From positions 832,001-896,000 of the forward strand of contig CAVYGB010000002.1 in NCBI GenBank assembly GCA_963767925.1: a stretch of 64,000 bases of DNA. Direction: 5' to 3'. A model generated the notes under the pieces. That model was given only the letters and a program-made list of their open reading frames with translations. It was not told where the DNA came from and ran no database searches. A program made the translations under genes and the position numbers. How positions within the stretch are numbered: position 1 is the stretch's first letter; every line of letters starts with the position of its first letter. Positions 1-9,289 of the stretch are shown piece by piece. Source of the DNA: an uncultured delta proteobacterium (lineage in GTDB: Bacteria > Myxococcota_A > Polyangia > Fen-1088).

Positions 1-1673
1 GCCCGGCACCAGCCCCGGTAGTCGCCGAGGTAAGACAGCGTCAGGGTGCTGTCGGCCGGGTCGTTGCTCCACCACTGGTCGTCGTGGGCCTCGACCGAGG
101 TGTGCAGGCCGATGCCGGCGCTGCGGTCCAGGAAGTCGCGGCTGGCCGAGGAATACAGCACCGCCACCTGGTGCAGCGGGTAGCCGGCCAGGGCGTCTTC
201 CCCCGCGAGCCACTGGAACACCCGCTGCCGGTGCGCGGGGCCGACCGAGGTGTCCATCAGCGGGACCTTCAGCTCGAAGGGGTTGTTGCCGGTGGCGAGG
301 GCCAGGGCGAACACGTGCTCGGCGTCGGGAGCCTGGTCGCCGTAGCAGAACACCCAGCTCGGGCGGGGGGCGGCGCAGCTCGCGCCGTGTTTCATCATCA
401 CCGCCATGTCGAGCCAGTCGGCCGCGCCGGCCATGCGCATGGCCGAGGCGTCGCTGACCGCGTCCACCTCCCACACCCGCAGCACCCGGCCATCGTCGTG
501 GGAGGCGGCGTCGAGGCCCTGCATGGTGGCGCCGCTGTAGTCCATGGTGACCGTCTCGACGACCACCTGGAAGTCGGGGCGCACCTGGCGGGCGCGGGCG
601 GCGATCTTCTGCTCGAAGTCCCAGATCAGCCGGTGGCGCCACACCACCCAGCGCCGGAAGGCGGCGCTCGACCAGTCGACCGCCCCGGGCAGGGTCATCC
701 CGGTCTCGGCGGCGAAGCGGGTCTGGCAGTGGCGGCAGGTGCAGGCCCACTCGCTGACCAGGGCGGCCAGCAGGGGCACGTCGGCCCAGAGGCCGTCGAG
801 GGCGGTGCGGGCCAGCCGGTCGACCCGGGCCAGGAAATATTCGGCGTAGCCGCTGCTCGGGCACAGCCAGGCGCTCTCGGTGCCGGGCTCCACCCAGAAC
901 ACGCTGCCCTCGTCCCCCACGAAGGAGTTGGGGCGACCGAAGATGTCCCGCTGCAGCCAGTCGGGGTTGTCGCGGGCCATCGAGCCGGGGGCATTGGCCA
1001 CGTCTTCGGTCAACACCTCGAGCGAGGGGATGTAAATGACCGCCTTCATGCCGCGGGCGTGCACCGCCGCCGCGGCGGCGTCGAGCGCCAGGGCCTCGAC
1101 TTCGAACTCCTCGTCGGAGAGGTAATACGAGAGGCTGGAGTCGAGCTCGACAACGCTGACCCCCTGGGCGGCGAAGGCGTCGAGCGACTCGGCCAGGTCC
1201 TCCGGATCGAGGCTGCCGTCGAGGCCGGCCACCCGGGCGTCGCGCACCCAGCGGGGGCCGTCGTATTCGGGCGGGTGGTTCTCCTCGAGCGGGGCTTGCT
1301 CGGGCGGGGCGCGCTCGGGCGCCCCGGCATCGGGGGGGCGGGGATCGGGCGGGCGGGTATCGGGGGCGCCGGCGTCGTTCGCGCTGACCGCGGGGCGCTC
1401 GCGGCCGGGGGCGGCGTCGGTCGCGCCCCCGTCGGGGCCGGTGGCCTGGGGCGCGGCGGGGCCAGGGGCCGGGGTCCCTGGCCCGGGGGTTCCGGGCGGC
1501 GGGGACGGATCGGCGAGCGGCGGCGCACGGCGGGGGCCGCCCGGCTCCGGCGGCGGCACCTCGGTCCGGCAGCTCGACACGAACGCCGTCCCGGCCAGAC
1601 CGCCCGCGCCCCGGAGCACCGTCCGGCGCGACAGGAGCCACCTGCCACTCGAGTCCAGGAGTATTCTACGCAA
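1..1673 (-). CDS. Tat-type lipoprotein with a glycoside-hydrolase-like TIM-barrel domain (GHL6/GH42-like); 3' end runs off the window
   Basis: Hand-translated open minus frame (absent from the ORF track because it has no stop in the window). TTG start 7 nt after GAGGAG; SRRTVL twin-arginine motif and FVSSC lipobox; Pro-rich linker; then ARGMKAVIYI, NPDWLQRD, WLCPSS, DGLWAD, ACTCRHCQTRF. Confidence 0.65.
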   Translation of the reverse strand, partial: MRRILLDSSGRWLLSRRTVLRGAGGLAGTAFVSSCRTEVPPPEPGGPRRAPPLADPSPPPGTPGPGTPAPGPAAPQATGPDGGATDAAPGRERPAVSANDAGAPDTRPPDPRPPDAGAPERAPPEQAPLEENHPPEYDGPRWVRDARVAGLDGSLDPEDLAESLDAFAAQGVSVVELDSSLSYYLSDEEFEVEALALDAAAAAVHARGMKAVIYIPSLEVLTEDVANAPGSMARDNPDWLQRDIFGRPNSFVGDEGSVFWVEPGTESAWLCPSSGYAEYFLARVDRLARTALDGLWADVPLLAALVSEWACTCRHCQTRFAAETGMTLPGAVDWSSAAFRRWVVWRHRLIWDFEQKIAARARQVRPDFQVVVETVTMDYSGATMQGLDAASHDDGRVLRVWEVDAVSDASAMRMAGAADWLDMAVMMKHGASCAAPRPSWVFCYGDQAPDAEHVFALALATGNNPFELKVPLMDTSVGPAHRQRVFQWLAGEDALAGYPLHQVAVLYSSASRDFLDRSAGIGLHTSVEAHDDQWWSNDPADSTLTLSYLGDYRGWCR

Positions 1674-1884
1674 AGCCAAGCTCCTCGTTGATGAACGAAT
1701 CAGCCGGCGCCTCTGCTTCAGGGCAGGCTTTCGGGCCGCCACCTCCACCCGGACCAGACCGGCCCAGGTTCACCCGCTTCGACGTCCTTGGCAACTATCG
1801 GGCGGGCCCCCGAAGAGTTGCTCGTCACGCTTCTGTGACGCCCTGGATCCAGGCCCGTCGCGGATCCAACCTAGGAGGCTGCCC

Positions 1885-3108
1885 ATGTCCAACCCAGGTG
1901 CGCCCCCGCCCGCCGACGCCGCCGCCAGCTTCTACCGCCGCCCCTTGCCCGAGGGGCTGATCGCCTTCGCCTCGCCCGAGGGGCGGCACCTGTTCCGGGA
2001 GGCGCTGGCGGCCGGAGGGATGGAGGGCTGGTTCGCCCTGGCCGAGCAGTTCCACACCCAGGCCGATCCGGCGTTCTGCGGCCTGGGGACCCTGGTGGTG
2101 GCGCTCAACGCCCTGCAGATCGATCCCGGCCGCATCTGGAAGGGGCCCTGGCGCTGGTACGGCGAGGAGCTGCTCGACTGCTGCGTCCCCCTGGATCGCG
2201 TGCAGCGCCGGGGGGTCACCCTCGACGAGCTGGCCTGCCTGGCCCGCTGCAACGGCGCCAGCGCCCGCACCGAACGCCCCGACCGCGCCGGGCTGGAGGC
2301 CTTCCGCCAGGACGTGCGCGCCGCCACCGCCGCGCCCCGCGGCCCGGTGCTGGTGGCCGGCTACACCCGCGCCCGCCTGGGCCAGACCGGGGAAGGACAC
2401 TTCTCGCCGGTGGGCGGCTACCACGCCGCGCGCGACCTGGTGCTGATCCTCGACGTGGCCCGCTTCAAGTACCCGCCCCACTGGGTCCCGCTCGAAGCCC
2501 TGTGGCAGGCCATGACCGACAACGACCCGGCCACCGACCGGCCGCGCGGCTGGATCGTGCTCGACCGGGGCGAGCAGCGGACCACCACCCTGTTCTTCCG
2601 CCTGTCGGCCGGCGACGGGCTGGCGCCGCTGGTGGCGACGCTGTTCCAGCAGGCCCCCGCCCTCCTGGCCGCCGCCCCCACCAGCAGCCCCGCCGCCCTC
2701 CTGGGCGGCTGGGTGGCCGCGGTCGAAGCCACCATCGCCGACCGCGTCTGCGAGAGCTTCGGCGCGCCGGCGCCGACCACCGCCGCCCTGCCCGCCGAAT
2801 ACCGGGCCGCCGTCGAGACCATGCTCGGCCAGCTCCACGGCAGCGCCGCCTACCTGGCCATCGCCGGCAGCCGCCCCGGCGCCGGGCGCGCCCGCGTGCC
2901 CGACGAGCTGCTGGCCATCCTGCTGCTCGCCCTGCCCGACGCCGCCCTCGCCGCCCTCTCGCCCGAGGCCCGCGCCGCCCTCGCCCCCCTGCGCGATTCG
3001 ACCACCCTGGGCCACCTCCTGGCCGACGAGATCGCCGCCCTCCGCGCGCAGATGACGATCCTGCAACGCTGGGACGCCGCCCCCGAGGGCGCCGCTTCGG
3101 GAGGCTGA
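1885..3108 (+). CDS. pcs: Phytochelatin synthase (papain-like) with C-terminal extension
   Basis: AGGAGG RBS. Motifs FYRRPLP, QADPAFCG, DPGRIWKGPWRW, LDCC, GHFSPVGGY, LILDVARFKYPPHWV; Cys-His-Asp triad present. Confidence 0.93.
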   Translation: MSNPGAPPPADAAASFYRRPLPEGLIAFASPEGRHLFREALAAGGMEGWFALAEQFHTQADPAFCGLGTLVVALNALQIDPGRIWKGPWRWYGEELLDCCVPLDRVQRRGVTLDELACLARCNGASARTERPDRAGLEAFRQDVRAATAAPRGPVLVAGYTRARLGQTGEGHFSPVGGYHAARDLVLILDVARFKYPPHWVPLEALWQAMTDNDPATDRPRGWIVLDRGEQRTTTLFFRLSAGDGLAPLVATLFQQAPALLAAAPTSSPAALLGGWVAAVEATIADRVCESFGAPAPTTAALPAEYRAAVETMLGQLHGSAAYLAIAGSRPGAGRARVPDELLAILLLALPDAALAALSPEARAALAPLRDSTTLGHLLADEIAALRAQMTILQRWDAAPEGAASGG

Positions 3109-3169
3109 AACACCGCAGGAAAGTTGCACCTCGCGCCCCGGCCAGTGGGGGCCGGATGTGCCGGGGCGG

Positions 3170-3838
3170 TCAGCGGATGCAGAGGCGCAGGCGGATGGGC
3201 TGGGAGGCGCCGGTCGGGTCGCTGGTGAAGGAGAAGCTGGTCCCCTCGGCGGCCCAGGGTGGGATCCGGAAACGAAAGGTGACGAGGTCGACGATGGCGC
3301 CGGCGTATTCGCAGCGGCGGCACCACAGCACGTAGCGCTGGGCGATGCCCCCGCAGGTGGGACAGGTGACCGGCACCGAGGCGTCGACGACCGCGGTGCC
3401 GCCGGAGATGGCCTCGGCGCGGGTGATCAGCAGCTCGATGGCGCCGTCGCGGGCGTGGCGGGCGATGCCGCGGGCGAGGAGATCTTCGAGCCGCCCCGAC
3501 AGGCGCAGCAGCGGATCGACGATCGGGGGCTGCGGCTTGCTGACCTTCCAGCCGAAGCGGCCCCCCACCCCGTTGTGCTCCCCCTGATCGGCGGTGTCCC
3601 GGCGGGGCGGCTCCGGCCGCTTGCCGAAGTGATCGTCATAGTCCAGGCGCGAGCGCGCATCCGAGAGCACGGCATAGGCACGGGCAATGCGTTGGAAGAT
3701 CTCGGTTCCGCTGGGGCCCGCGCGGTCGGGGTGGTAGCGCAGCGCGAGCAGGCGGTACTTCCGCCGCAGCTCGGCGGCGCTGGCCGAACGGTCGACCCCG
3801 AGCAGCACGTAGTAATCCTCGTTCGGGCCGTCGCGCAT
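3170..3838 (-). CDS. DnaJ-domain protein with partial zinc finger
   Basis: DYYVLLGV...YHPDR J-domain; CPTCGG and WCRRC motifs. Confidence 0.85.
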   Translation of the reverse strand: MRDGPNEDYYVLLGVDRSASAAELRRKYRLLALRYHPDRAGPSGTEIFQRIARAYAVLSDARSRLDYDDHFGKRPEPPRRDTADQGEHNGVGGRFGWKVSKPQPPIVDPLLRLSGRLEDLLARGIARHARDGAIELLITRAEAISGGTAVVDASVPVTCPTCGGIAQRYVLWCRRCEYAGAIVDLVTFRFRIPPWAAEGTSFSFTSDPTGASQPIRLRLCIR

Positions 3839-3910
3839 CGAACGGCCTACATTTTAGCTGACGTCGGTGGTTCGGACCTCTGACGCGAATTCTCGTTGTA
3901 GAACTTTCGG

Positions 3911-4246
3911 GTGTCCACAACGGCGAAGGTTCCGGAGATACAAAACGTGCTCGAGGCGCTGCAGGCGCGGTTCGGGGTGGGGTGCTTCTCGGTTGTCGAT
4001 CACTGGCCTGGGGACCCCCTGGCGGTCGGGGTGGCCCGTCCCGATGACAAGGCTGTGCTGGTCTACGTCTCGGTCGAGAGCACGTTCTCGGGGGAGTCGG
4101 TGAAGTACTATGTCGCGCTCGAGCTGCAGCCTTCGGGGCCGCACGAGACGTTCAAGGCGGCGGGGGACTTTCATCGGCTGACGCTGGCGGAGATTCCCGA
4201 CATCGTGGGGCGGCACCTGGGGCTCGAAGCTTCGCCGCGCAACTGA
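3911..4246 (+). CDS. Hypothetical protein
   Basis: 111-aa ORF with protein-like composition and high GC3; GTG start. Confidence 0.55.
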   Translation: MSTTAKVPEIQNVLEALQARFGVGCFSVVDHWPGDPLAVGVARPDDKAVLVYVSVESTFSGESVKYYVALELQPSGPHETFKAAGDFHRLTLAEIPDIVGRHLGLEASPRN

Positions 4247-4278
4247 TCCGCCCTGCGCGGCGGCGATCGCCGTGGCTG

Positions 4279-4460
4279 GTCGGAGCCGGAGGAGCGGAGT
4301 CGGAGCCGGAGGAGCGGAGCCGGAGGAGCGGAGTCGGAGCCGGAGGAGCGGAGCCGGAGGAGCGGAGTCGGAGCCGGAGGAGCGGAGCCGGAGGAGCGGA
4401 GTCGGAGCCGGAGGAGCGGAGCCGGAGCCGGAGCGGGGAGGAGCGGAGCCGGAGCGGGAG
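4279..4460. repeat. Purine-rich degenerate microsatellite (GGAGCC/GGAGC/GGA units)
   Basis: Visible tandem GGAGCGGAGCCGGA units. Confidence 0.85.
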
Positions 4461-4727
4461 GCGGGCTTCGTGCTTTTCGGCGGGGGGGAGGGGGGGATGT
4501 CCCTCCCGGGGGACGGCCGCCTACGCGCCCGGCCGGGGGGACCTCACGGGCCTGCGGCGACGCTGGCGCTGCGAGGACCGGGGTGGCCTATCGATCGCGC
4601 GCGGGCCTCGACTCGCGCCTTGGCGACCGCCGCAGACGGCGGTGCAGGCGCTCCACGCCCCCGGGAGAGACATCCCCACCTCCCCCCCGCCCGGGGTGGC
4701 CTACATTTTCTTCGCCCCAGGGCATTG

Positions 4728-4833
4728 GCCAAGGGGATCGCCGACTTGATTTGGCTCGGGGGGGCCAAGGGGATCGCCGGCTCTCTTCGCCCCGCGGGAC
4801 AAGGGGATCGCCGGCTCTCTTCGCCCCGCGGGA
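4728..4833. repeat. Short direct repeats (AAGGGGATCGCCG x3; about 33-bp unit x2)
   Basis: AAGGGGATCGCCGGCTCTCTTCGCCCCGCGGGA occurs twice in tandem, plus a partial copy. Confidence 0.75.
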
Positions 4834-4856
4834 TGATGTCGGGCACCTGGCTGATT

Positions 4857-4902
4857 GTTCGCCCTCGCCCCGCGGCAGCGGGGAGAGGGTTGGGGTGAGG
4901 GG
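4857..4902. repeat. REP-like palindromic element
   Basis: GTTCGCCCTCGCCCCGCGGCAGCGGGGAGAGGG hairpin; near-identical copy at about 21461-21497. Confidence 0.7.
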
Positions 4903-4942
4903 CTCCGGCGTTTCCAGGCGCGGCGTCTGTGGGGGATTGGGG

Positions 4943-5293
4943 TCAGCGGCTGGAGGCGGCCAGGGTGGCCCAGCCGGCCAGGAAGGCGGCGCCGCCGAGG
5001 GGGGTGATGGCGCCGAGCCAGGTCTGGCCGGTGAGGGTGAGGAGATAGAGGCTGCCGGAAAATACGATGATGCCCGCGGTGAAGAGGCCGGCTACCGACC
5101 GGCGCCAGGCGATGCGATCGCGGGCGAGGGCGACGCCAAACAGGGCGAGGACGTGAAAGAGGTGGTACAGGACGCCGGTCTTCCAGACCTCGATCAGCTC
5201 GGGGGCGACGCGCGACTTCAACCCGTGCGCCCCGAAGGCACCCAGCGCCACCCCGAGGAACCCGAGCACCGCGGATAGACGAAGGATCGACAT
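4943..5293 (-). CDS. DUF423 (YgdD/TMEM256) family membrane protein
   Basis: [33 protein letters not shown] motifs. Confidence 0.93.
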   Translation of the reverse strand: MSILRLSAVLGFLGVALGAFGAHGLKSRVAPELIEVWKTGVLYHLFHVLALFGVALARDRIAWRRSVAGLFTAGIIVFSGSLYLLTLTGQTWLGAITPLGGAAFLAGWATLAASSR

Positions 5294-5304
5294 GGCGCGG
5301 GAGT

Positions 5305-5469
5305 CTAGTCCCCTGGAACGGTGATTTCTTGCATATCTCGCCGGTCCTCTTCGTCCCTGGCTGCGTTGCTCGTCGGTTAAATGCGCCAGGTATTCGCCCT
5401 CCTGGCGCCTTGCCAGGAACGAAGATGCCTCGCCGACACATGCAAGACTTCACCTTCCAGGGGCCCTGG
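5305..5469. mobile_element. About 165-bp MITE-like interspersed repeat, copy 1 (right end decayed)
   Basis: Near-identical to 21501-21665; starts CTAGTCCCCTGGAACGGTGA. Confidence 0.85.
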
Positions 5470-5535
5470 CGTCACGTCTGTGACAGTCGAGGCGCGCGCA
5501 CGCGGCGGGGCGGTTTCGTGTTATCCCTGCCGGCG

Positions 5536-6918
5536 ATGAGTCGCATTCACCGCACCCTGCCACCGGCAGGAACCCGCATCGGCGTCGCGTTCTCCGGGGG
5601 GCTCGACACCCGCTGCGCCGTGGCCTGGTTCGAGCGCAACGGGCTCGAGGTCTTCGCCTATACCGCCGACCTGGCCCAGCCCGACGAAGCCTCGCCGAGC
5701 GACATCCCGCCGGTCGCGCTCGAGCACGGGGCGAAGAAGGCCCGCCTGGTCGACTGCCGGGACGCCCTCGTGCGCGAGGGGCTGATCGCGGTCCAGTGCG
5801 GGGCCTTCCACCTGCACACCGGGGGCAAGAAGTACTTCAACACCACCCCCCTCGGGCGCGCGGTCACGACGACGGCCATCGTCCGGGCCATGCGGGAGGA
5901 CGGGGTCAACGTGTTCTCCGATGGCAGCACCCACAAGGGGAACGACATCCAGCGGTTCTACCGCTACGGGATCCTCACCAACCCCGAGCTCACCATTTAC
6001 AAGCCCTGGCTCGACCAGAAGTTCGTCGAGGCCTTCGGGGGGCGCAAGGAGATGAGCGAATACCTGGTGGGGCTGGGACTGCCCTACCGCATGGGGACCG
6101 AGAAGGCGTACAGCACGGACGCCAACCTGCTGGGCGCGACCCACGAGGCCAAGGACCTGGAGTTCCTGGACAAGGGGATGCGCATCGTCAGCCCCATCAT
6201 GGGGGTGGCGTTCTGGCGGCCGGAGATGGAGGTCCTCGCCGAGGAGGTCACGGTCAGCTTCGAGCAGGGCGTGCCCACCCGGATCAACAGCACCCGGTTC
6301 GGGTCGCTGTTCGAGCTGTTCGTCGAGGCCAACAAGGTCGGTGGGCGGCACGGGCTGGGGATGAGCGACCAGATCGAGAACCGGGTGATCGAGGCCAAGA
6401 GCCGGGGCATCTACGAGGCGCCGGCGATGTCCCTGCTGCACGTGGCCTACGAGCGGCTGCTCAGCTCGATCCACAACGAGAACACGATGGACCTCTACTT
6501 CACGCTGGGCCGGCGGCTCGGCCGGTTGCTGTACGAGGGCCGCTGGTTCGATCCCGAGGCGATGTTGCTCAAGGACGCCCTCACCCGCTGGGTGGCCCCG
6601 GCGGTGACGGGGTCGGTCACCCTCGAGCTGCGGCGGGGCGACGACTACACCGTTGTCGACACCCGCGCCGAGCACATGTCCTACGACCCCCACAAGCTGT
6701 CGATGGAGAAGGTCGCGAGCGCCTTCTCCCCCGAGGACCGCATGGGCGCCCTCGAGCTGCAGAACCTCTCCGTCCTCGACAACCGCGCCCTGCTCATCCA
6801 CCACCTCACCTCTCTGCGCCGCCTCGGCGCCCCCGACAGCACCGCCGGCGTGGAGAGCGCCCCCGACCACCTCGCCGAGCTCCTGGCCCTCGAAGACCCC
6901 GACCGCACCGAGAGCTGA
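5536..6918 (+). CDS. argG: Argininosuccinate synthase (E. coli-like type 2)
   Basis: [60 protein letters not shown]. Confidence 0.97.
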   Translation: MSRIHRTLPPAGTRIGVAFSGGLDTRCAVAWFERNGLEVFAYTADLAQPDEASPSDIPPVALEHGAKKARLVDCRDALVREGLIAVQCGAFHLHTGGKKYFNTTPLGRAVTTTAIVRAMREDGVNVFSDGSTHKGNDIQRFYRYGILTNPELTIYKPWLDQKFVEAFGGRKEMSEYLVGLGLPYRMGTEKAYSTDANLLGATHEAKDLEFLDKGMRIVSPIMGVAFWRPEMEVLAEEVTVSFEQGVPTRINSTRFGSLFELFVEANKVGGRHGLGMSDQIENRVIEAKSRGIYEAPAMSLLHVAYERLLSSIHNENTMDLYFTLGRRLGRLLYEGRWFDPEAMLLKDALTRWVAPAVTGSVTLELRRGDDYTVVDTRAEHMSYDPHKLSMEKVASAFSPEDRMGALELQNLSVLDNRALLIHHLTSLRRLGAPDSTAGVESAPDHLAELLALEDPDRTES

Positions 6919-6929
6919 CCCCAGCGGGG

Positions 6930-7820
6930 TCAGCGGGTGAGGAGGTCTTCGAAGAATTTGGTGGCGCGGGGGTCCTTGGATTGGCCGAGCCAGAACATGG
7001 CTTGCTTGCGGACCTGGGGGTGGCGGTCTTCCCTGGCCAGGCGGATGAGGGTCGGGAGGGCTTCGGGGTCCTGGGTCTGGGTGAGGGCGAAGGCGGCGTG
7101 CTCGCGGACCTTTTCGCTGGGGTCCTCGCGGGCGGCGCGGGCGACCGCCAGGTAGCCGGGGCGGCCGCGGGTTGTGGCGAGCCAGAAGAGGGCGGACTTG
7201 CGAGTGGGCTCGGACGGAGACGTGGCGGCGAGGCCGAGGCGTTCCAGGGCTTGCTGGGCTTCGGCGCCGGCGTGGAGGGCGAGGGCCTGGATGGCGGGGT
7301 CGGCGGTGGAGCGGCGGCCGGCGGGCTCGGTGGCGGTGGCCTGGCGGAGGAGGAGGGCCACGCTCTCGGTCGGTTTGACCGACGTCAGCCAGTGGAAGGG
7401 GAGACCGCCGGCATCGAGGGGGCAGTCGTTGCCGTAGGCCCGGACCTTGATCACCTGGGTGGCCTCCACCCGCAAGAGGACCGCGACGTGGGAGGGGCCT
7501 TCCAGCTTGACGGGGCCCTGGGGGCGGGGGGGCGGGGTCTTGCGGTCGCCTTCTAGGCCGCAGCCGCGGCCCTCGTCGTTCCAGCAACAGGACTGGGCGT
7601 CGCCGGGGAGCTTGGGGACCGCCCAGCCGATCCAGGCGGAGCCGGGCTGGCGGGCCATCGCCGCCTTGACCGCCGCCTCCAGGCCGCCGGCGGCGGAGGT
7701 GATGGCGACCTGGGCGTTCTGGATGGCGGGTTGCTCGGCCGGCGGGGGCGCGGCGGAGGGGGCCACCGCCAGGGGGATCAGCGCGAAGGAGTGGGCCAGC
7801 AAGGCGCTCTGGAGAATCAT
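6930..7820 (-). CDS. Exported HEAT-repeat protein
   Basis: Signal-like N-terminus; ALFWLA, VREHAAFAL, VRKQAMFWLGQSKDPRA HEAT repeats. Confidence 0.8.
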   Translation of the reverse strand: MILQSALLAHSFALIPLAVAPSAAPPPAEQPAIQNAQVAITSAAGGLEAAVKAAMARQPGSAWIGWAVPKLPGDAQSCCWNDEGRGCGLEGDRKTPPPRPQGPVKLEGPSHVAVLLRVEATQVIKVRAYGNDCPLDAGGLPFHWLTSVKPTESVALLLRQATATEPAGRRSTADPAIQALALHAGAEAQQALERLGLAATSPSEPTRKSALFWLATTRGRPGYLAVARAAREDPSEKVREHAAFALTQTQDPEALPTLIRLAREDRHPQVRKQAMFWLGQSKDPRATKFFEDLLTR

Positions 7821-7909
7821 GGGTCGAGCCGCTCCATCGGATGGTTGATCGCTCCGAGCGCACGCACGTTCGTCAGGCGGGAGACCGCGGCCTTCTCGGG
7901 GCGAGTCAT
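7817..7909 (-). CDS. 30-aa mini-ORF, degenerate duplicate of the upstream gene's C-terminus
   Basis: MTRPEKAAVSRLTNVRALGAINHPMERLDP; ATGA overlaps with both flanking genes. Confidence 0.45.
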   Translation of the reverse strand: MTRPEKAAVSRLTNVRALGAINHPMERLDP

Positions 7910-9252
7910 TTGTTGAGCAGCTCCATGAGGTAGCTGGTGGCTTCGGGGCTGCGCATGTTCGTCAGGCGGGAGACGGCGGCCTTCTTGAGCTCGGGGTTGG
8001 TCTCCTTGCGGGTGAGGGCGACGAGCTGCTGGGCGTTGCCCTGGATGAAGAGGGCCTCGATCACGCGCTCGCGGACGCGGGGGTCGGGGGTGCTGCCGTA
8101 GATGGCGACGAGGGCCTCGCCGGCGGCCGGGACCTTGCTGGTGCCGAGGTGCTGGATCGCGCGCTCGCGCAGCTCGGGGTCCTTCTCGGTGCGGGCGACC
8201 TCGATCAGCTTGCTCGTGTTGCCGCCGACGAACAGGGCTTGCAGGATGCGCTTGCGGGTTTCGAGCGACGTCTCGGCGGGGTAGAGCTGGGCCAGCTCGG
8301 CGCTGGCCCCCATGGTGCCGAGAAACATGATGGCCTGGCCGCGCAGCTCCTCGTTCTTCTCCGAGCGGGCGATGGCCAGCAGGCGGTCGCGCTCGCCGCT
8401 CACCATGAAGCTCTGGAGCACCTGCCGCTTGATGGCCACGTCGTTCGACGATCCGTAGATGTCGGCCAGCACTTGCCGGTTCTCCTTGCCCTCGTAGAGG
8501 CCCAGGCTGCGCACGGCGTGGAGCTGCAGGTCGGGGTTGGCGCCCCCCCTGGCGACCTTGACCACCACCTCGCGCGCCCGGGGCGAGCCGCTCTGGCTCA
8601 GCACGAACAGGGCCCGCTCGCGCAGCTTGGGTGCGCCGGGCTTCTGCAGCAGCTTCTCGAGCAGCGGCACCGACCGCTCCGGCTCGCTCTGCATGAGGGC
8701 GTTGATGGCCATCAGCTTCATCTCGTCGTCGCTGGCGTCTTCGGGGTCGAGGGGCTTGCCGCCGGCCTGGCCGATCTCGACCCGCATCACCCTGGCGTCG
8801 TTGAGCCAGCGGCTGGCGGGGTGTGTCTTGCCGAGCTCGTCGAGGGCGGCCAGCGCCTCGGGGCGCCGCCCCAGCTTGGCCAGGGCGTAGGCCTTCCAGT
8901 ACAGCGCCCCGTCGGCGCGGGCCTCGCCGGCCGCCACCACCTCGTCGAAGCTGGCGATGGCATCGTTCCACTCGCGCCGGTCGAGCGCGCGCGATCCCCG
9001 CTCGTAACGTCGCTCGCCCCGGTCGCGGCCGCGCAGGCCCCGCTCGCGGGCCCGCTCGACCCGCTCCCGGGCCCGCTCGACCCGCTCCCGGGCCCGCTCC
9101 GCGGTCTCGCGCCCCCGCTCCCGGCCACCGCGCTCGGCCGCCGCCGCGGGGGTCGGACCCACCGGGGCCTGGGCCGCGGTCTGCGCGCAGGCCAGGCTGG
9201 GGACGATCAGCAGGGTGAGGATCATGGTCATCTCGGCGCTCGCTTTCGACAT
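7906..9252 (-). CDS. Exported TPR + HEAT-repeat protein
   Basis: Signal peptide, charged linker, ADGALYWKAYAL TPR, multiple HEAT repeats. Confidence 0.82.
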   Translation of the reverse strand: MSKASAEMTMILTLLIVPSLACAQTAAQAPVGPTPAAAAERGGRERGRETAERARERVERARERVERARERGLRGRDRGERRYERGSRALDRREWNDAIASFDEVVAAGEARADGALYWKAYALAKLGRRPEALAALDELGKTHPASRWLNDARVMRVEIGQAGGKPLDPEDASDDEMKLMAINALMQSEPERSVPLLEKLLQKPGAPKLRERALFVLSQSGSPRAREVVVKVARGGANPDLQLHAVRSLGLYEGKENRQVLADIYGSSNDVAIKRQVLQSFMVSGERDRLLAIARSEKNEELRGQAIMFLGTMGASAELAQLYPAETSLETRKRILQALFVGGNTSKLIEVARTEKDPELRERAIQHLGTSKVPAAGEALVAIYGSTPDPRVRERVIEALFIQGNAQQLVALTRKETNPELKKAAVSRLTNMRSPEATSYLMELLNK

Positions 9253-9289
9253 GGGGTCACTTCCATCTTTCGGGTCATCGGAAGGGCTC

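Noticed and set aside
84..1691. 535-aa plus-strand ORF and similar long shadow ORFs (e.g. 49142-52723, 49059-51887, 5521-7863, 36126-38375)
   Set aside because: They are antisense or off-frame shadows of well-supported genes, typical of high-GC DNA, with no motifs.
4272..4898. 208-aa ORF
   Set aside because: It is a translation of microsatellite and REP repeats.
5329..5535. N-terminal extension of ArgG
   Set aside because: It derives from the MITE; ArgG similarity begins at ATG 5536.
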